From Myxococcota bacterium (lineage in GTDB: Bacteria > Myxococcota > XYA12-FULL-58-9 > JABJBS01): a stretch of DNA of 64,000 nt. The translations under genes were made by a program, and so were the position numbers. Positions 50,254 through 59,233 of the stretch are shown one piece after another. Position 1 is the stretch's first letter. Each line of letters opens with the position of its first letter. The stretch covers positions 10,483-74,482 of the forward strand of contig JAYZAY010000089.1 of assembly GCA_036339465.1 (NCBI GenBank). The letters are read 5' to 3'. Under the pieces are notes generated by a model. The model did not search any database. It was not told where the DNA came from and saw only the letters and a program-made list of their open reading frames with translations.

Positions 50254-51255
50254 TTAGGTAGCGCCTTCAATATATTCTGGGTTTGCCAGTTTCATTTGGA
50301 AGTTTTCAATGGGATTGGCAAGTTGCGCCCAGCTAAGCACCACCGCAATCCAGAGGATATCGGCGACAAAGAGGTGAATGAGTTGCATCCAACCCGGAGC
50401 GCCGAGGGAAATATTGATGATGCCCAGACCGACTTGAGTCAAGGTGAGAAATACAACCCCTTGGGCCAATTTTAGGGTGAGAGGGTGGTCAAACCCTTTT
50501 TGCCCCTCTCTTTGCGCCCTTCGTTGAACGTGGGTTGAGATCCCCACGAGAAAGAGGCTGAGTCCCACGGCGAGAAAGGGGTGAATGATGCGTAGCCGGA
50601 CTAAGAAATGTTCGGTGGGGGAGAAGTCTTGCCTGATCCGGGCCATAATGTTTTCGGTGTCCGCAGGATTGATGGGAAAAAGAGTGTCGCCCAGTGCGGT
50701 GATGGCGCCGGTCATGCCCACGATGAGTAGTCCTAAAATGGCGCCTTCAAAAAGACGTCTCTCTGTTTTTAAGTGGGGCGGCATGGCAAGGCGTGGATGA
50801 GACCACCAGGCGGTTAGGGTCCCAAAGGCGATGAGCCCATGGGTGTTGGCGAGGTGAAGAGCGACCACCACGGCTCGGGAAATGGAGGTATCTTTGGCTA
50901 CCAGTCCCTTCAATACCAAAATGGCGCCGAGGGCGGCTTCTGAAAGTACGAAAATGAGAGTGAGTACTGCCATTTTCCGGACGGGGTGGTCTTTGGGAAA
51001 TAAACGAAAAGCGTAGATGGTGATGAGCAAAGTGAAAATGAGGGTGAATCCACTGGTGAGTCGGTGGGTGAATTCAATGATGGTTTCAATCCCCGGATCC
51101 CGAGGAATGATTTCGCCGCCGCAGCTAGGCCAGTGGTCACCGCAGCCAGCCCCTGAACCGGTGATGCGCACCCATGCGCCCCATAAAATAACCATGAGGT
51201 TGTAGATGACCACCATTGCAGCGGCCTTTGAGAAATGTGTGGGGGTGTGTAGCAT
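50254..51255 (-). CDS. ctaA: Heme A synthase (COX15/CtaA)
   Basis: GA.VR.TGSGAGCG.HWPSC.G, IEF.HRL.SG, HL, IIHP, IHL. Confidence 0.88.
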   Translation of the reverse strand: MLHTPTHFSKAAAMVVIYNLMVILWGAWVRITGSGAGCGDHWPSCGGEIIPRDPGIETIIEFTHRLTSGFTLIFTLLITIYAFRLFPKDHPVRKMAVLTLIFVLSEAALGAILVLKGLVAKDTSISRAVVVALHLANTHGLIAFGTLTAWWSHPRLAMPPHLKTERRLFEGAILGLLIVGMTGAITALGDTLFPINPADTENIMARIRQDFSPTEHFLVRLRIIHPFLAVGLSLFLVGISTHVQRRAQREGQKGFDHPLTLKLAQGVVFLTLTQVGLGIINISLGAPGWMQLIHLFVADILWIAVVLSWAQLANPIENFQMKLANPEYIEGAT

Positions 51256-51372
51256 GGCTTACCTTTCCTGCCTGGGAGTTGGCGCGGGGTCAAGAGATTG
51301 AGGGAGGTGTGGCGTTTGGGTTTTAAGGGTCGCCCTTTTTCGGGCAAACAAACGCTTTTTGAGGGAGGCCCC

Positions 51373-52293
51373 TTAGGTGTCATTTCCGGTGGATAAAACG
51401 CTTCGGTCGCCTTTGTAGAAATCGGAATCGTCTTCGTCGTATTCTAGGGCGCTACCCAGAGCGGCATCGGGGGTGAGTCCCACCAAGGCGGCGCCGGATC
51501 CCCATACGGGTTGGTAGTCGTAGATCTTACCGGAGAATTGATTGGATTGTCCCATCACTGCTCCGAGCCACCATAGGGCCTTAAGCTTATTGTCGCCATT
51601 GGCTTGGGCGGTAAAAGTTCGGGCCAATTGACTCACGTCTTCTAGGCGCCCCTCCCTTAGAAGTTCGAGGAATTTGCGATTCCATTCGTCGTCTTTTCGG
51701 GAATGAATGCGGTCGTCGGCCGGATCGATCCATTCTGTCCACATGCGGTTGGAGAGGGCGGTCACGGAAATGGCCACTGCTTTTTTCCCACTCTCTTGGA
51801 GGGCGTCCACCGCCGCCTTGCCCAAGATTAGGGTTTCGGCTCGGTCGGCGTACATATTGCACGATACCACACAGGCAGGGATTTCGTTATGGGGATTGAG
51901 TAGTTTGAGGGCCACGATGGTGCCCGGGTCCATGGGAAAGCCGCGGTAAGCGACGGTGCGTGCCGTGAGACCGCGGGCATGCGCCGCAGCTTCGTAGACG
52001 TGGGCAAAATCTGAATCCATGCGTAATTTGTAATGCATGGTGCCCAATTCGTGGAAGTCTTGATCCACCAAGCGCCATTCGGGCTGGGGATCGGCTTGGA
52101 TTTGATGGCCGATGATACTGGGCCACTGACTGCTGTAAATTAAGAGTAAATCGGGCTTTAGGGCCAAAATATCTTCCCGCGCCTGGCCGAAGGAATCATG
52201 CATGGATTGCCAATTTGGATTTTTCTCCGGCGCGAGAAGGATGTGGGGTTTGCCTGGGGCGATAAAGCCTGCGAGTACGTGTTCACACGTCAT
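51373..52293 (-). CDS. amnA: 2-aminophenol 1,6-dioxygenase alpha-subunit-like (AmnA/CnbCa, LigB fold, non-catalytic type)
   Basis: F.APG.P, KPDLLLIYS.QW, VD..FHE.G, Y.GFP.D.GTIVA, IDPADDR, D.WN, G.GAA.V; ATGA overlap with the amnB-like stop. Confidence 0.8.
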   Translation of the reverse strand: MTCEHVLAGFIAPGKPHILLAPEKNPNWQSMHDSFGQAREDILALKPDLLLIYSSQWPSIIGHQIQADPQPEWRLVDQDFHELGTMHYKLRMDSDFAHVYEAAAHARGLTARTVAYRGFPMDPGTIVALKLLNPHNEIPACVVSCNMYADRAETLILGKAAVDALQESGKKAVAISVTALSNRMWTEWIDPADDRIHSRKDDEWNRKFLELLREGRLEDVSQLARTFTAQANGDNKLKALWWLGAVMGQSNQFSGKIYDYQPVWGSGAALVGLTPDAALGSALEYDEDDSDFYKGDRSVLSTGNDT

Positions 52294-53189
52294 GATTGTG
52301 CCTCCTCTGGGATCCATTCCACGATGGCATTGCCTGTGCCGATGACGCTTCCGTAACCATGGAGATAGCCAGGGTATTGGGGCGTGCCTAAGGCGCCGAG
52401 TAACCAGGTAAGGCCCCCTTCACGGCACTCCGAGAGGGCTTGCTCGATGAAATCAGGCATTTCGGCCAAAATCTGTTGGGTTTTGCCGCTTTGGATGAGG
52501 TCTAAGATGTGTGCGTCCCACGAGGCCTGGTTTTTGTTGTAGATATATTCGAAGCGGGGGTCTTCGGGATCCTCTGGTTCTTCGGTGAAGTGTCGGTGAC
52601 TGAGGGAAGTGGAGGCTAAGAGCACGGCTTTTCGCCCGGTTTTTTCGATGGCCGTGCGGGTCGCTCTTCCGAGGGCCAGCATTTCAGCATCGCCCACATC
52701 GTTGCTGAAATAGTGATAGGGGCTTGCCGACGAAAGAACCACGATGGGTTTGTCCCATTTTGGGTACGATAGATGACAGCTGGTGATGGTTCCGTAATCC
52801 ACACGAAAATCCGGGTTTCGCATCATCTTGGTGACCAAACCCTCGGCTCGGGCTTCGGCTTCGATGGCTTCGGATAAATCCACGTCCACGTCCATCTCGT
52901 AGTTGTAACGGAAGAGGTTGGGGAAAATGGGATCTACGGAGAGATCCTTGAAGTGGGGGACCCCTAGAAAATGATGACCGACCACTGTTTTCCAGTGGGG
53001 AGTGTGGACGATGAGCACATCGAAGTCTTTTTGGTTGAGGCTTTGGCGTAGGGATTCATAGCCATCAAGGAGTGACTTCCAGGCGCCTGAACCGGTGGCC
53101 TCGGGTTCGTTTTGGATGGGGTTGGTGGCGTAGACCAAGTGCGGTGGGTGGGGTGCTAAACATCCGGAGACGATTGTGCCTCGGGTCAT
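52290..53189 (-). CDS. amnB: 2-aminophenol 1,6-dioxygenase beta-subunit-like (AmnB/CnbCb, catalytic)
   Basis: G.I.SG..APHPPHLVY..NP.QNEP, HTPHW.T.VGHHF, SVDPIFPNLFR, GLVTKMMRNP.FR.DYGTIT, LSH.HF.EEP, YG.VIGTGNA.VEW; His/His/Glu iron ligands present; start ATG 53189. Confidence 0.9.
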   Translation of the reverse strand: MTRGTIVSGCLAPHPPHLVYATNPIQNEPEATGSGAWKSLLDGYESLRQSLNQKDFDVLIVHTPHWKTVVGHHFLGVPHFKDLSVDPIFPNLFRYNYEMDVDVDLSEAIEAEARAEGLVTKMMRNPDFRVDYGTITSCHLSYPKWDKPIVVLSSASPYHYFSNDVGDAEMLALGRATRTAIEKTGRKAVLLASTSLSHRHFTEEPEDPEDPRFEYIYNKNQASWDAHILDLIQSGKTQQILAEMPDFIEQALSECREGGLTWLLGALGTPQYPGYLHGYGSVIGTGNAIVEWIPEEAQS

Positions 53190-54307
53190 GGCGTGCTCCT
53201 TGGTTGGGCGTCGTTGTTTATGGAGAATGCTTCGTGGTCGAAGTAGTATTGATCCGTGTCTGGGTCCCACTCATCCCAGGTGGCAATTTCTTCGAGTTGG
53301 CTTAAGCGGTTTTCGGGGACTACGTTGGCAACGATGAAGGCTTTTTGGCGGTGGAGGGAATAGGGATTTCGCAATTCAAATCCCAGAGTTCCTAGGATGG
53401 AACGGGCGATGTACCAGGTGGCCTGGGAATTCCAGCCATGGGCTATTTTGACCACCACACCCAAACCCTCAGGGTAGTCGGGATGAACGATGGCCATGCC
53501 CAAGAGACCGTCGGCCCCTTCCTTGGCAATCACGGCTCCATTACAGGATTTCAAAATGGTACTGTCTAACCTGTTGAATCCGCCCACGAGATCAGGATGG
53601 CGCATCATCGCCTCCCAGATCCAATCCTCATCTTTTGTGGCGGCGAGGGCTGAGAAGAGTGTGGCCAATTCTCCCACGGTATTGGCGATGGTTGGCAAGC
53701 CGCAACCATCTCTTGAAATTCTCAAGGGCTGCCAGTCTGCGCCCAAAAATCGTTGGACCTGCTTTAAATATGCCTTGAAGAAGGGATGGTGAGGGAGGAG
53801 GTAGCCTGTGCAGGGCCAGCCTTTGGCTTCACAACCGCGAATGATGGCTGCATGCTCACCGGAACAGGTGTGGAACCATCGCCTGGGGCGTCTCACTTGG
53901 CGACCAAATTGCACCAGTGGCAGGTCTAAGGGGGTCTGCATAAATCCCCAATTTTCTTTTTTGAGCAGGGATTGGGCAGCGGCCACGTGCATGGCGTCTC
54001 CGTTGTGGCTGCTTACGGCGATGGCCCGCTGTTGCCAGGTGGTGTCTTGGGCGAGTTCTTCGGCGAAGACTTTGAGCATGAAGGGTTTCATCATACTTCG
54101 ACCGTAGCAGAGGACGTTGCCGCCAAAGGAATGAACGATTTTGCCCCCACTGGCCCATGCCACGGCGCCGTGGATGGTGGTTTCGCTTACGCCGTTGCGT
54201 CGATAGTCGATGAGGGGCTCCCATTCGACTTCCCGGCCGGTGGCAATACCAGGCATGTTTTCGCCGAGGGGGCTTTTGGGATAAAATTCCGTTCCGGGTT
54301 TGGGCAT
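53186..54307 (-). CDS. Type-II (Rhizobium AnsA-like) asparaginase-family hydrolase, altered active site
   Basis: RSMMKPF, SSH.G...H, TCSGEH, DGCGLP, HPDLVGG..R.D, AKEGADG, VVKI..G. Confidence 0.8.
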   Translation of the reverse strand: MPKPGTEFYPKSPLGENMPGIATGREVEWEPLIDYRRNGVSETTIHGAVAWASGGKIVHSFGGNVLCYGRSMMKPFMLKVFAEELAQDTTWQQRAIAVSSHNGDAMHVAAAQSLLKKENWGFMQTPLDLPLVQFGRQVRRPRRWFHTCSGEHAAIIRGCEAKGWPCTGYLLPHHPFFKAYLKQVQRFLGADWQPLRISRDGCGLPTIANTVGELATLFSALAATKDEDWIWEAMMRHPDLVGGFNRLDSTILKSCNGAVIAKEGADGLLGMAIVHPDYPEGLGVVVKIAHGWNSQATWYIARSILGTLGFELRNPYSLHRQKAFIVANVVPENRLSQLEEIATWDEWDPDTDQYYFDHEAFSINNDAQPRSTP

Positions 54308-54310
54308 GGG

Positions 54311-55528
54311 CTATTTCTCCTGAAGATTTGGAGTGACGTGTTCCATGAAGGCTTCCATATTGTCGATGACCCGTTGGCTGTTGTGGTTGAAGAAGTCAAA
54401 CCAGAGCATGAGTCGGTCGTGGGGATGAAACCTCTCTCTGGCCTGCTCGATGATATCGGCAGGGTTACCGATGAGGGCGTTTTTAGCGGCGTTGGTGACC
54501 CGCGAAGGATCTAGGGTGCCCTCCAAGGCTTTCCAGTATTCGCCCAGGGCCACCGCCGCTTCCTCATGGGCCTTTTTCCGCTGTTGCTCGGGGCTTAGGT
54601 GAGGTTGGGCATTGATGAACACGAAGGTTGTCCGGGGCATAAAGGAGCGTTTCCAAGGGCCGCCACCGGGGTGATAGACCGCGCTAAGGCGCCGGTGGGT
54701 ATCTTCAATCTTATCGGGTTGGGTGATGGATAGATTGAAGACCTGCACCGGGAGGATTTGATTGAGCGTTTCTTGGATTTGGGGGGCATGGCTGCCCACA
54801 ATGAGTTGGAGGAGTTCCCGCCGCCAATGTTTCGGAATAATTTGTAGCGGCTCAAACTTGAAGCGCGGCTCGATTTCGATGGTGTGGGCGGTGGTGTTCG
54901 CTGCATTTTGCACCGCCAGCCAATCTTGTTGGTTGCGGAAGTTTTCGCGTTTTAGGATGGTTGGGTGGATGTCGTGGCTCGAGAGCACATCTCCCCGGAG
55001 GAGTTTGCACAATATCTCCGCCGCCTCGGCAAAGACCATGCCCTTGAGGGCGGGCCAGGCCGCTTCTTCCAGCGGGTTTCGGGGCACAATGCCAAAGGGT
55101 TGATTCATATACTCGAAACGGCCACCGGAGAAGCCGATGTGAATGCGTCTCTTTTCCTCCGGATCGAGTCCGTGGAGGTTGGCGAAGGTGGCGATGCGTT
55201 CTGCTGCGGCAATGGGCCCGCCGTTGCAAAGAATATTCATCACTGCGGAACCGCACTCGATATTCTTGGTGCGGGCAAAGACCTTTTGGGCCACTTGGAC
55301 AAAGTCGGTCATGAGGCCCACTTCTCCCTGCCAGTGGGGTATGACGGGCTTCGCATTTCGCTTTTGAATGGTGCTTGAGAGATGGGCTTCGGCAAACCAT
55401 GCGGTTTGGTAACCCAATTGGTCGGCGGCTTCCACCTGGTCGAAAAAGTTGTGAAACATCTCTGCTTCCGTGGGAAGTTGCCCCTCCACGGGAGTGTGGC
55501 TGATGGAGAAAAAGATATCGAATTTCAC
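54311..55528 (-). CDS. Luciferase-like (LLM) flavin-dependent monooxygenase
   Basis: MKFDIFFS, QVEAADQLGY.TAWFAE.H, RT..I..GSAV, P..AAERIA, LIG.P..I, LMLWFDF; GTG start 55528 with SD AGGGG. Confidence 0.85.
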   Translation of the reverse strand: MKFDIFFSISHTPVEGQLPTEAEMFHNFFDQVEAADQLGYQTAWFAEAHLSSTIQKRNAKPVIPHWQGEVGLMTDFVQVAQKVFARTKNIECGSAVMNILCNGGPIAAAERIATFANLHGLDPEEKRRIHIGFSGGRFEYMNQPFGIVPRNPLEEAAWPALKGMVFAEAAEILCKLLRGDVLSSHDIHPTILKRENFRNQQDWLAVQNAANTTAHTIEIEPRFKFEPLQIIPKHWRRELLQLIVGSHAPQIQETLNQILPVQVFNLSITQPDKIEDTHRRLSAVYHPGGGPWKRSFMPRTTFVFINAQPHLSPEQQRKKAHEEAAVALGEYWKALEGTLDPSRVTNAAKNALIGNPADIIEQARERFHPHDRLMLWFDFFNHNSQRVIDNMEAFMEHVTPNLQEK

Positions 55529-55679
55529 AAAAAGCCCCCTGACTTTGTTGGGATCCAAACGGGGGTTCCCTTGGGATTTGAAGTATTGAATACCGTGATT
55601 GTGGGTAAAAAAAGCACACTCTATCGAACGACTTATTCAAAATCAATGAGCATCTTTTTGGGCAATTATGCCGAGCAAA

Positions 55680-55735
55680 CTGGGCTTAAACGGGGTCTAA
55701 GCTTGGGCCTAGGCTGGGTCTAAGCCGGGCTTAAA
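55680..55735. repeat. Five tandem degenerate ~11-bp direct repeats
   Basis: CTGGGCTTAAA CGGGGTCTAAG CTTGGGCCTAGG CTGGGTCTAAG CCGGGCTTAAA. Confidence 0.8.
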
Positions 55736-55884
55736 CTGGTTCTCGAAACTCCCTAAAAAGTTTGAGAAAAGCGGCCGTTTCGACGAGGTCTGAGAAGCGC
55801 TGAACAAGGTTTTCTCTGCGGTGAGTTAGATTTTTTGTGGTTTTTGCTTTCGGAGTTTGAGGTGATGGCGGAGGGTTTGTCGGC

Positions 55885-57204
55885 TTAGGAATGGCCGACC
55901 ATCTCGGGGTGTTCGGGTTTGGGTTTCTTGGCGGTTTCGAGATATTCCCGCTCGACGGCTGCGTAGTCCACTTCCACATTCAAGCGGGCGAGGACGGAGA
56001 AAAAACCAAATTGAAGTCGGTTGATGAAGAGAATCCCCGGAGGCAAGGGCACGAAATGGTCGTTGTTTTGAGTCATCAACTCTTTGCACATCAAACCGAA
56101 TTCCTTCACCACGCCGGCGGCATAATTGCGGGTGATGCGGAAGGGGGGGGCGGTGATGGGGCGGAAAATAGAGCGTATGTAGTTATCGACCATGCGTTCG
56201 TAGGCACCTCCGTGGGTTTCCAAAATGACATGGGCAGCGGCGTAGAAGTTATCCCAATCTCGTTGGTTTGCCGCGATATGGAGTTTCACCGCTTCGGCGC
56301 GATGTTTTTCCTGAAAGGGCTGGATACACCCAAAATCGATGAAGCCCACTTCTCCATTGGGTCGGAAGATATAATTGCCGGGATGGGGATCGGCGTTGAA
56401 GAGGCCCTCCACGAGGGACGCTTTGTAAACGAATCGCCATAGGGTTTCGGCCCACGCCCGTCGTTCGTTTTCGGGGGCTTGGCAGGCTTGCTTAAATGGG
56501 ATCCCCTCCACGAATTCTGTGGTAAGCACCCGAGCGGTAGAATGACTGGCGATGACTTTGGGAATATGGACGTTTCTGCTTTCTCGGTGGATCTCTCGGA
56601 AGCGCATTTGGCTTTCTGCTTCTCGGTGGTAGTCGAGTTCTTCGCGGAAGCGTTGCTTGACTTCTTCGGTGAGTCGCTTGGAGTCGAATTTTCCCATGCC
56701 AAAAGCGCGCATGGGCATTTCCACCATCGCGGCATTGCGTAAATCGGCTTCCATGGCAGCTTCGATGCCGGGGTGGTGCACTTTTACTGCCACCTGGCGT
56801 CCGTCGTGAAGGGTTGCCCGGTGCACCTGTCCGATGGACGCACTGGCTATGGGATCGTCTTCCCAAGTGGCGAAGGCTTCGGTGATGGTTTGGCCGAATT
56901 CCGATTCCACCAAGGCGCGGATTTCTCCCCCGTTGGATTTGGGGGCTTGAGTTTGGAGGGTCTCCATGGTCTTTTCGTAGAGTTCGTGTTTGCCCTCGGG
57001 GACGATGCCGTCAACATAGCTCATCATTTGCCCCATTTTGGCAGCCACCCCGCGAAGTTGACCCAAGAGTTTTACGGTATCCATGACGCGGTTTTCCGAC
57101 TGTCCTTTGGAGAGGAGATCGGCGCCGGTTTTGAGGCTGGCGGATGCGAGTTTGGTGATGCGGGAGAATCTGCCTAGGGGAAGCTTGGTTTTGTTATCAT
57201 CCAT
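55885..57204 (-). CDS. ABC1/UbiB/AarF-family atypical kinase
   Basis: K.GQ, ASASIGQVH, VAVKV, EELDY..EA, ADPHPGN, IDFG. Confidence 0.93.
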   Translation of the reverse strand: MDDNKTKLPLGRFSRITKLASASLKTGADLLSKGQSENRVMDTVKLLGQLRGVAAKMGQMMSYVDGIVPEGKHELYEKTMETLQTQAPKSNGGEIRALVESEFGQTITEAFATWEDDPIASASIGQVHRATLHDGRQVAVKVHHPGIEAAMEADLRNAAMVEMPMRAFGMGKFDSKRLTEEVKQRFREELDYHREAESQMRFREIHRESRNVHIPKVIASHSTARVLTTEFVEGIPFKQACQAPENERRAWAETLWRFVYKASLVEGLFNADPHPGNYIFRPNGEVGFIDFGCIQPFQEKHRAEAVKLHIAANQRDWDNFYAAAHVILETHGGAYERMVDNYIRSIFRPITAPPFRITRNYAAGVVKEFGLMCKELMTQNNDHFVPLPPGILFINRLQFGFFSVLARLNVEVDYAAVEREYLETAKKPKPEHPEMVGHS

Positions 57205-57462
57205 CTTGGGGAGAGGGTTATACTCTTGAGCCTACGAAAACAAGCGGAAGGCTTCATGGGGGGCAAAGGTTCAACTCTTTGTTATTGTACCTGATGCTCT
57301 GGGTTGAATGATGGTGTCGACCCTCAGGAAGTGGGGTAACTTCTAGAACTTCTAGCAAATAGAGTCGCTTTGATTTGTGTCTTTGAGACGGTCGTGACGT
57401 TTCTCACTTTCGGAAAATAAATTGTGTCCGTGTGTTTTTCAACCTTTGGCTAAGCCGTTGGG

Positions 57463-57940
57463 TTGATGCGGCTGTTTAATTTGGAGGAGCACAGGAGGAT
57501 TGACCTAGTGAATTGGGTTATCCGCCAAGACCACGTGGGTGCGGCTCTGTGGCTGCCTTCTGAAAAGCGAGAGACCTCCAGGGTGGTGCAGGCAGGTCTT
57601 TGGCCCATGTTCATCGGCGTCACCGGGTGGGGGATATTCACTAAGACTCTTCGGGCTTTTCATGCCACGGACAAGGTTCATTATTCAAGTCCCCATATGT
57701 ATCTCCTTTCTCTATCTTCCCATCCCAAGAACCGGGGCAAGGGGATCGGGGGGGGAGTTGCTGTGCCAGATGACAGAGCTTTGTGACGCCCAAGAGCTGC
57801 CCATTCACCTCGAGAATACCAAGGAGGCCAATGAAAATTTCTACCGGCGCTTTGGTTTCGAAACCCTCGGCGACATCGATTTAGGTGCGGGCTGTCTGTC
57901 CTATCTCGGGGCGATGCTTCGCAAACCAAAGGGCGTGTGA
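57463..57940 (+). pseudogene. GNAT acetyltransferase split by a +1 frameshift in a G8 run; 5' end apparently eroded
   Basis: Frame 1: GAALW...HMYL.SL..HP..RGKGIGG. Frame 2 continues ELL...CD....PIHLE......N..FYRRFGFE. Junction at GGGGGGGG 57748-57755. Confidence 0.7.
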
Positions 57941-58340
57941 AAAGGGGGACTAAAGGGGAGGTTTTGTTACGACAGGGATTGGGGTAGGGAGCCTTGCTTT
58001 GCAGCCCTATCCTATCGCTTCGGCTTTTCCGGTGAACTCCCTTTCCTACACGTGCATTACGCCTGTTTTTTTCCTACCATCTTAATGCAAGCAATGCCCA
58101 TTGGTCGATGTTGTGGGAGGGATAGCCCCCGGCGGAGTTGGCCTTGATTCACTGAGTATTCGAAGGGGAAAATCGGCCGACCTTAGAGAGCCAAACCGGG
58201 ATCGCCACCGGATTTGTCCATAGGGCAATCATGAATTTCCCTGTAATTTGCGGCAGCGGTTAAAGCTCAAGGGCTCTGATGGTTTGCAAAATGCCTATGA
58301 GGTTTGTGGCCCCGATTGGGTATCTGCCTATCTAGCGGGT

Positions 58341-58625
58341 GTGGAGGAGCGTCGGGAGTATTCTCGTTTGAATGTGGAGATTCTGTGGAATTGTTTGTGA
58401 ATGGCGAAGTGAAGGAAGCGCGATCCACCAATGTCGGCCACCGGTCTCTTTATTTGAGAGTGCCGTGCGATTTTCCAAGGGTCAAAGGGTTGAGTTGGTG
58501 GTCAGAGTTCGTTTGGATGGGGAAGATCTATCGGTGAGAAATGGATGGGGAAGTGGCTTTTGTGGCTCGCCGTTTTTCGGAAGGATTTTGGCAATACCAA
58601 CAATAGGCTTCAATTTACCAAAAAA
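58341..58625 (+). pseudogene. Frameshifted PilZ-domain gene remnant
   Basis: GTG 58341 MEERREYSRLNVE (RxxxR), then successive frames SVELFVNGEVKEARSTNVGHRSLYL / FSKGQRVELVVRV / MDGEVAFV. Confidence 0.55.
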
Positions 58626-58672
58626 TTTAGGTAATCAGTGCCCAGTGAATACCAGCGACATTGGAGGTTTTT

Positions 58673-59233
58673 ATGAAGGGTTTGGTTTTTAGTCTTCTTT
58701 TGGTTTTTCCTCAACTTGGGTTGGCGACTTCTAAGGTACAACCACCGGGAAGTGTCAAAGTACAAATCGACACTTCCATGGGAGATATCGTCGTTCAGCT
58801 CGATTCTCGGGCGTCGATTACGATCAAGAATTTTCTTTCTTATGTCGACAGCGGCTATTACGACGGAACCATCTTCCATCGGGTTATTTCAAATTTCATG
58901 ATCCAAGGGGGTGGAATGGTACCAGGTTTGCAGGAGAAGAAGCCCCAAGCGCCGATTCAGTTGGAAGTGGGCAAGGGGCTTTCCAACGTGCGTGGCTCTG
59001 TGGCTATGGCCAGAACCAACGCCCCCCATAGCGCGACCAGTCAATTTTTTATCAATGTCAAGGATAACAAGCGTTTGGATACCGCCGGTGGTGGTTACGC
59101 CGTTTTTGGCAAGGTGGTGCAGGGTATGGACGTGGTGGACAAAATCAAGGCTGTCGAAACCACCGTTCGCATGGGACAGCGTGATGTTCCAGTGAAACCC
59201 GTGATGATCAAAGCGGTGAAGCGTCTTCCCTAA
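58673..59233 (+). CDS. ppiA: Periplasmic cyclophilin-type peptidyl-prolyl isomerase
   Basis: Signal peptide; FHRVI.NFMIQGGG, RG.VAMART..PHSATSQFFIN, GYAVFGKV..GMDVV; SD GGAGG before ATG 58673. Confidence 0.93.
   Translation: MKGLVFSLLLVFPQLGLATSKVQPPGSVKVQIDTSMGDIVVQLDSRASITIKNFLSYVDSGYYDGTIFHRVISNFMIQGGGMVPGLQEKKPQAPIQLEVGKGLSNVRGSVAMARTNAPHSATSQFFINVKDNKRLDTAGGGYAVFGKVVQGMDVVDKIKAVETTVRMGQRDVPVKPVMIKAVKRLP

Noticed and set aside
51373..53189. Possible tRNA U34 modification role (a label sometimes attached to this family)
   Set aside because: The motifs match AmnA/AmnB LigB-fold extradiol dioxygenase subunits; there are no MnmC-like methyltransferase or FAD-oxidase motifs.
54852..55646. 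264-aa alternative-frame ORF and the many other short overlapping ORFs in the track
   Set aside because: These are shadow frames of well-supported genes and carry no recognisable motifs.
55680..55735. Repeats as a CRISPR array
   Set aside because: The units are about 11 nt, abut with no spacers, and no cas genes are present.
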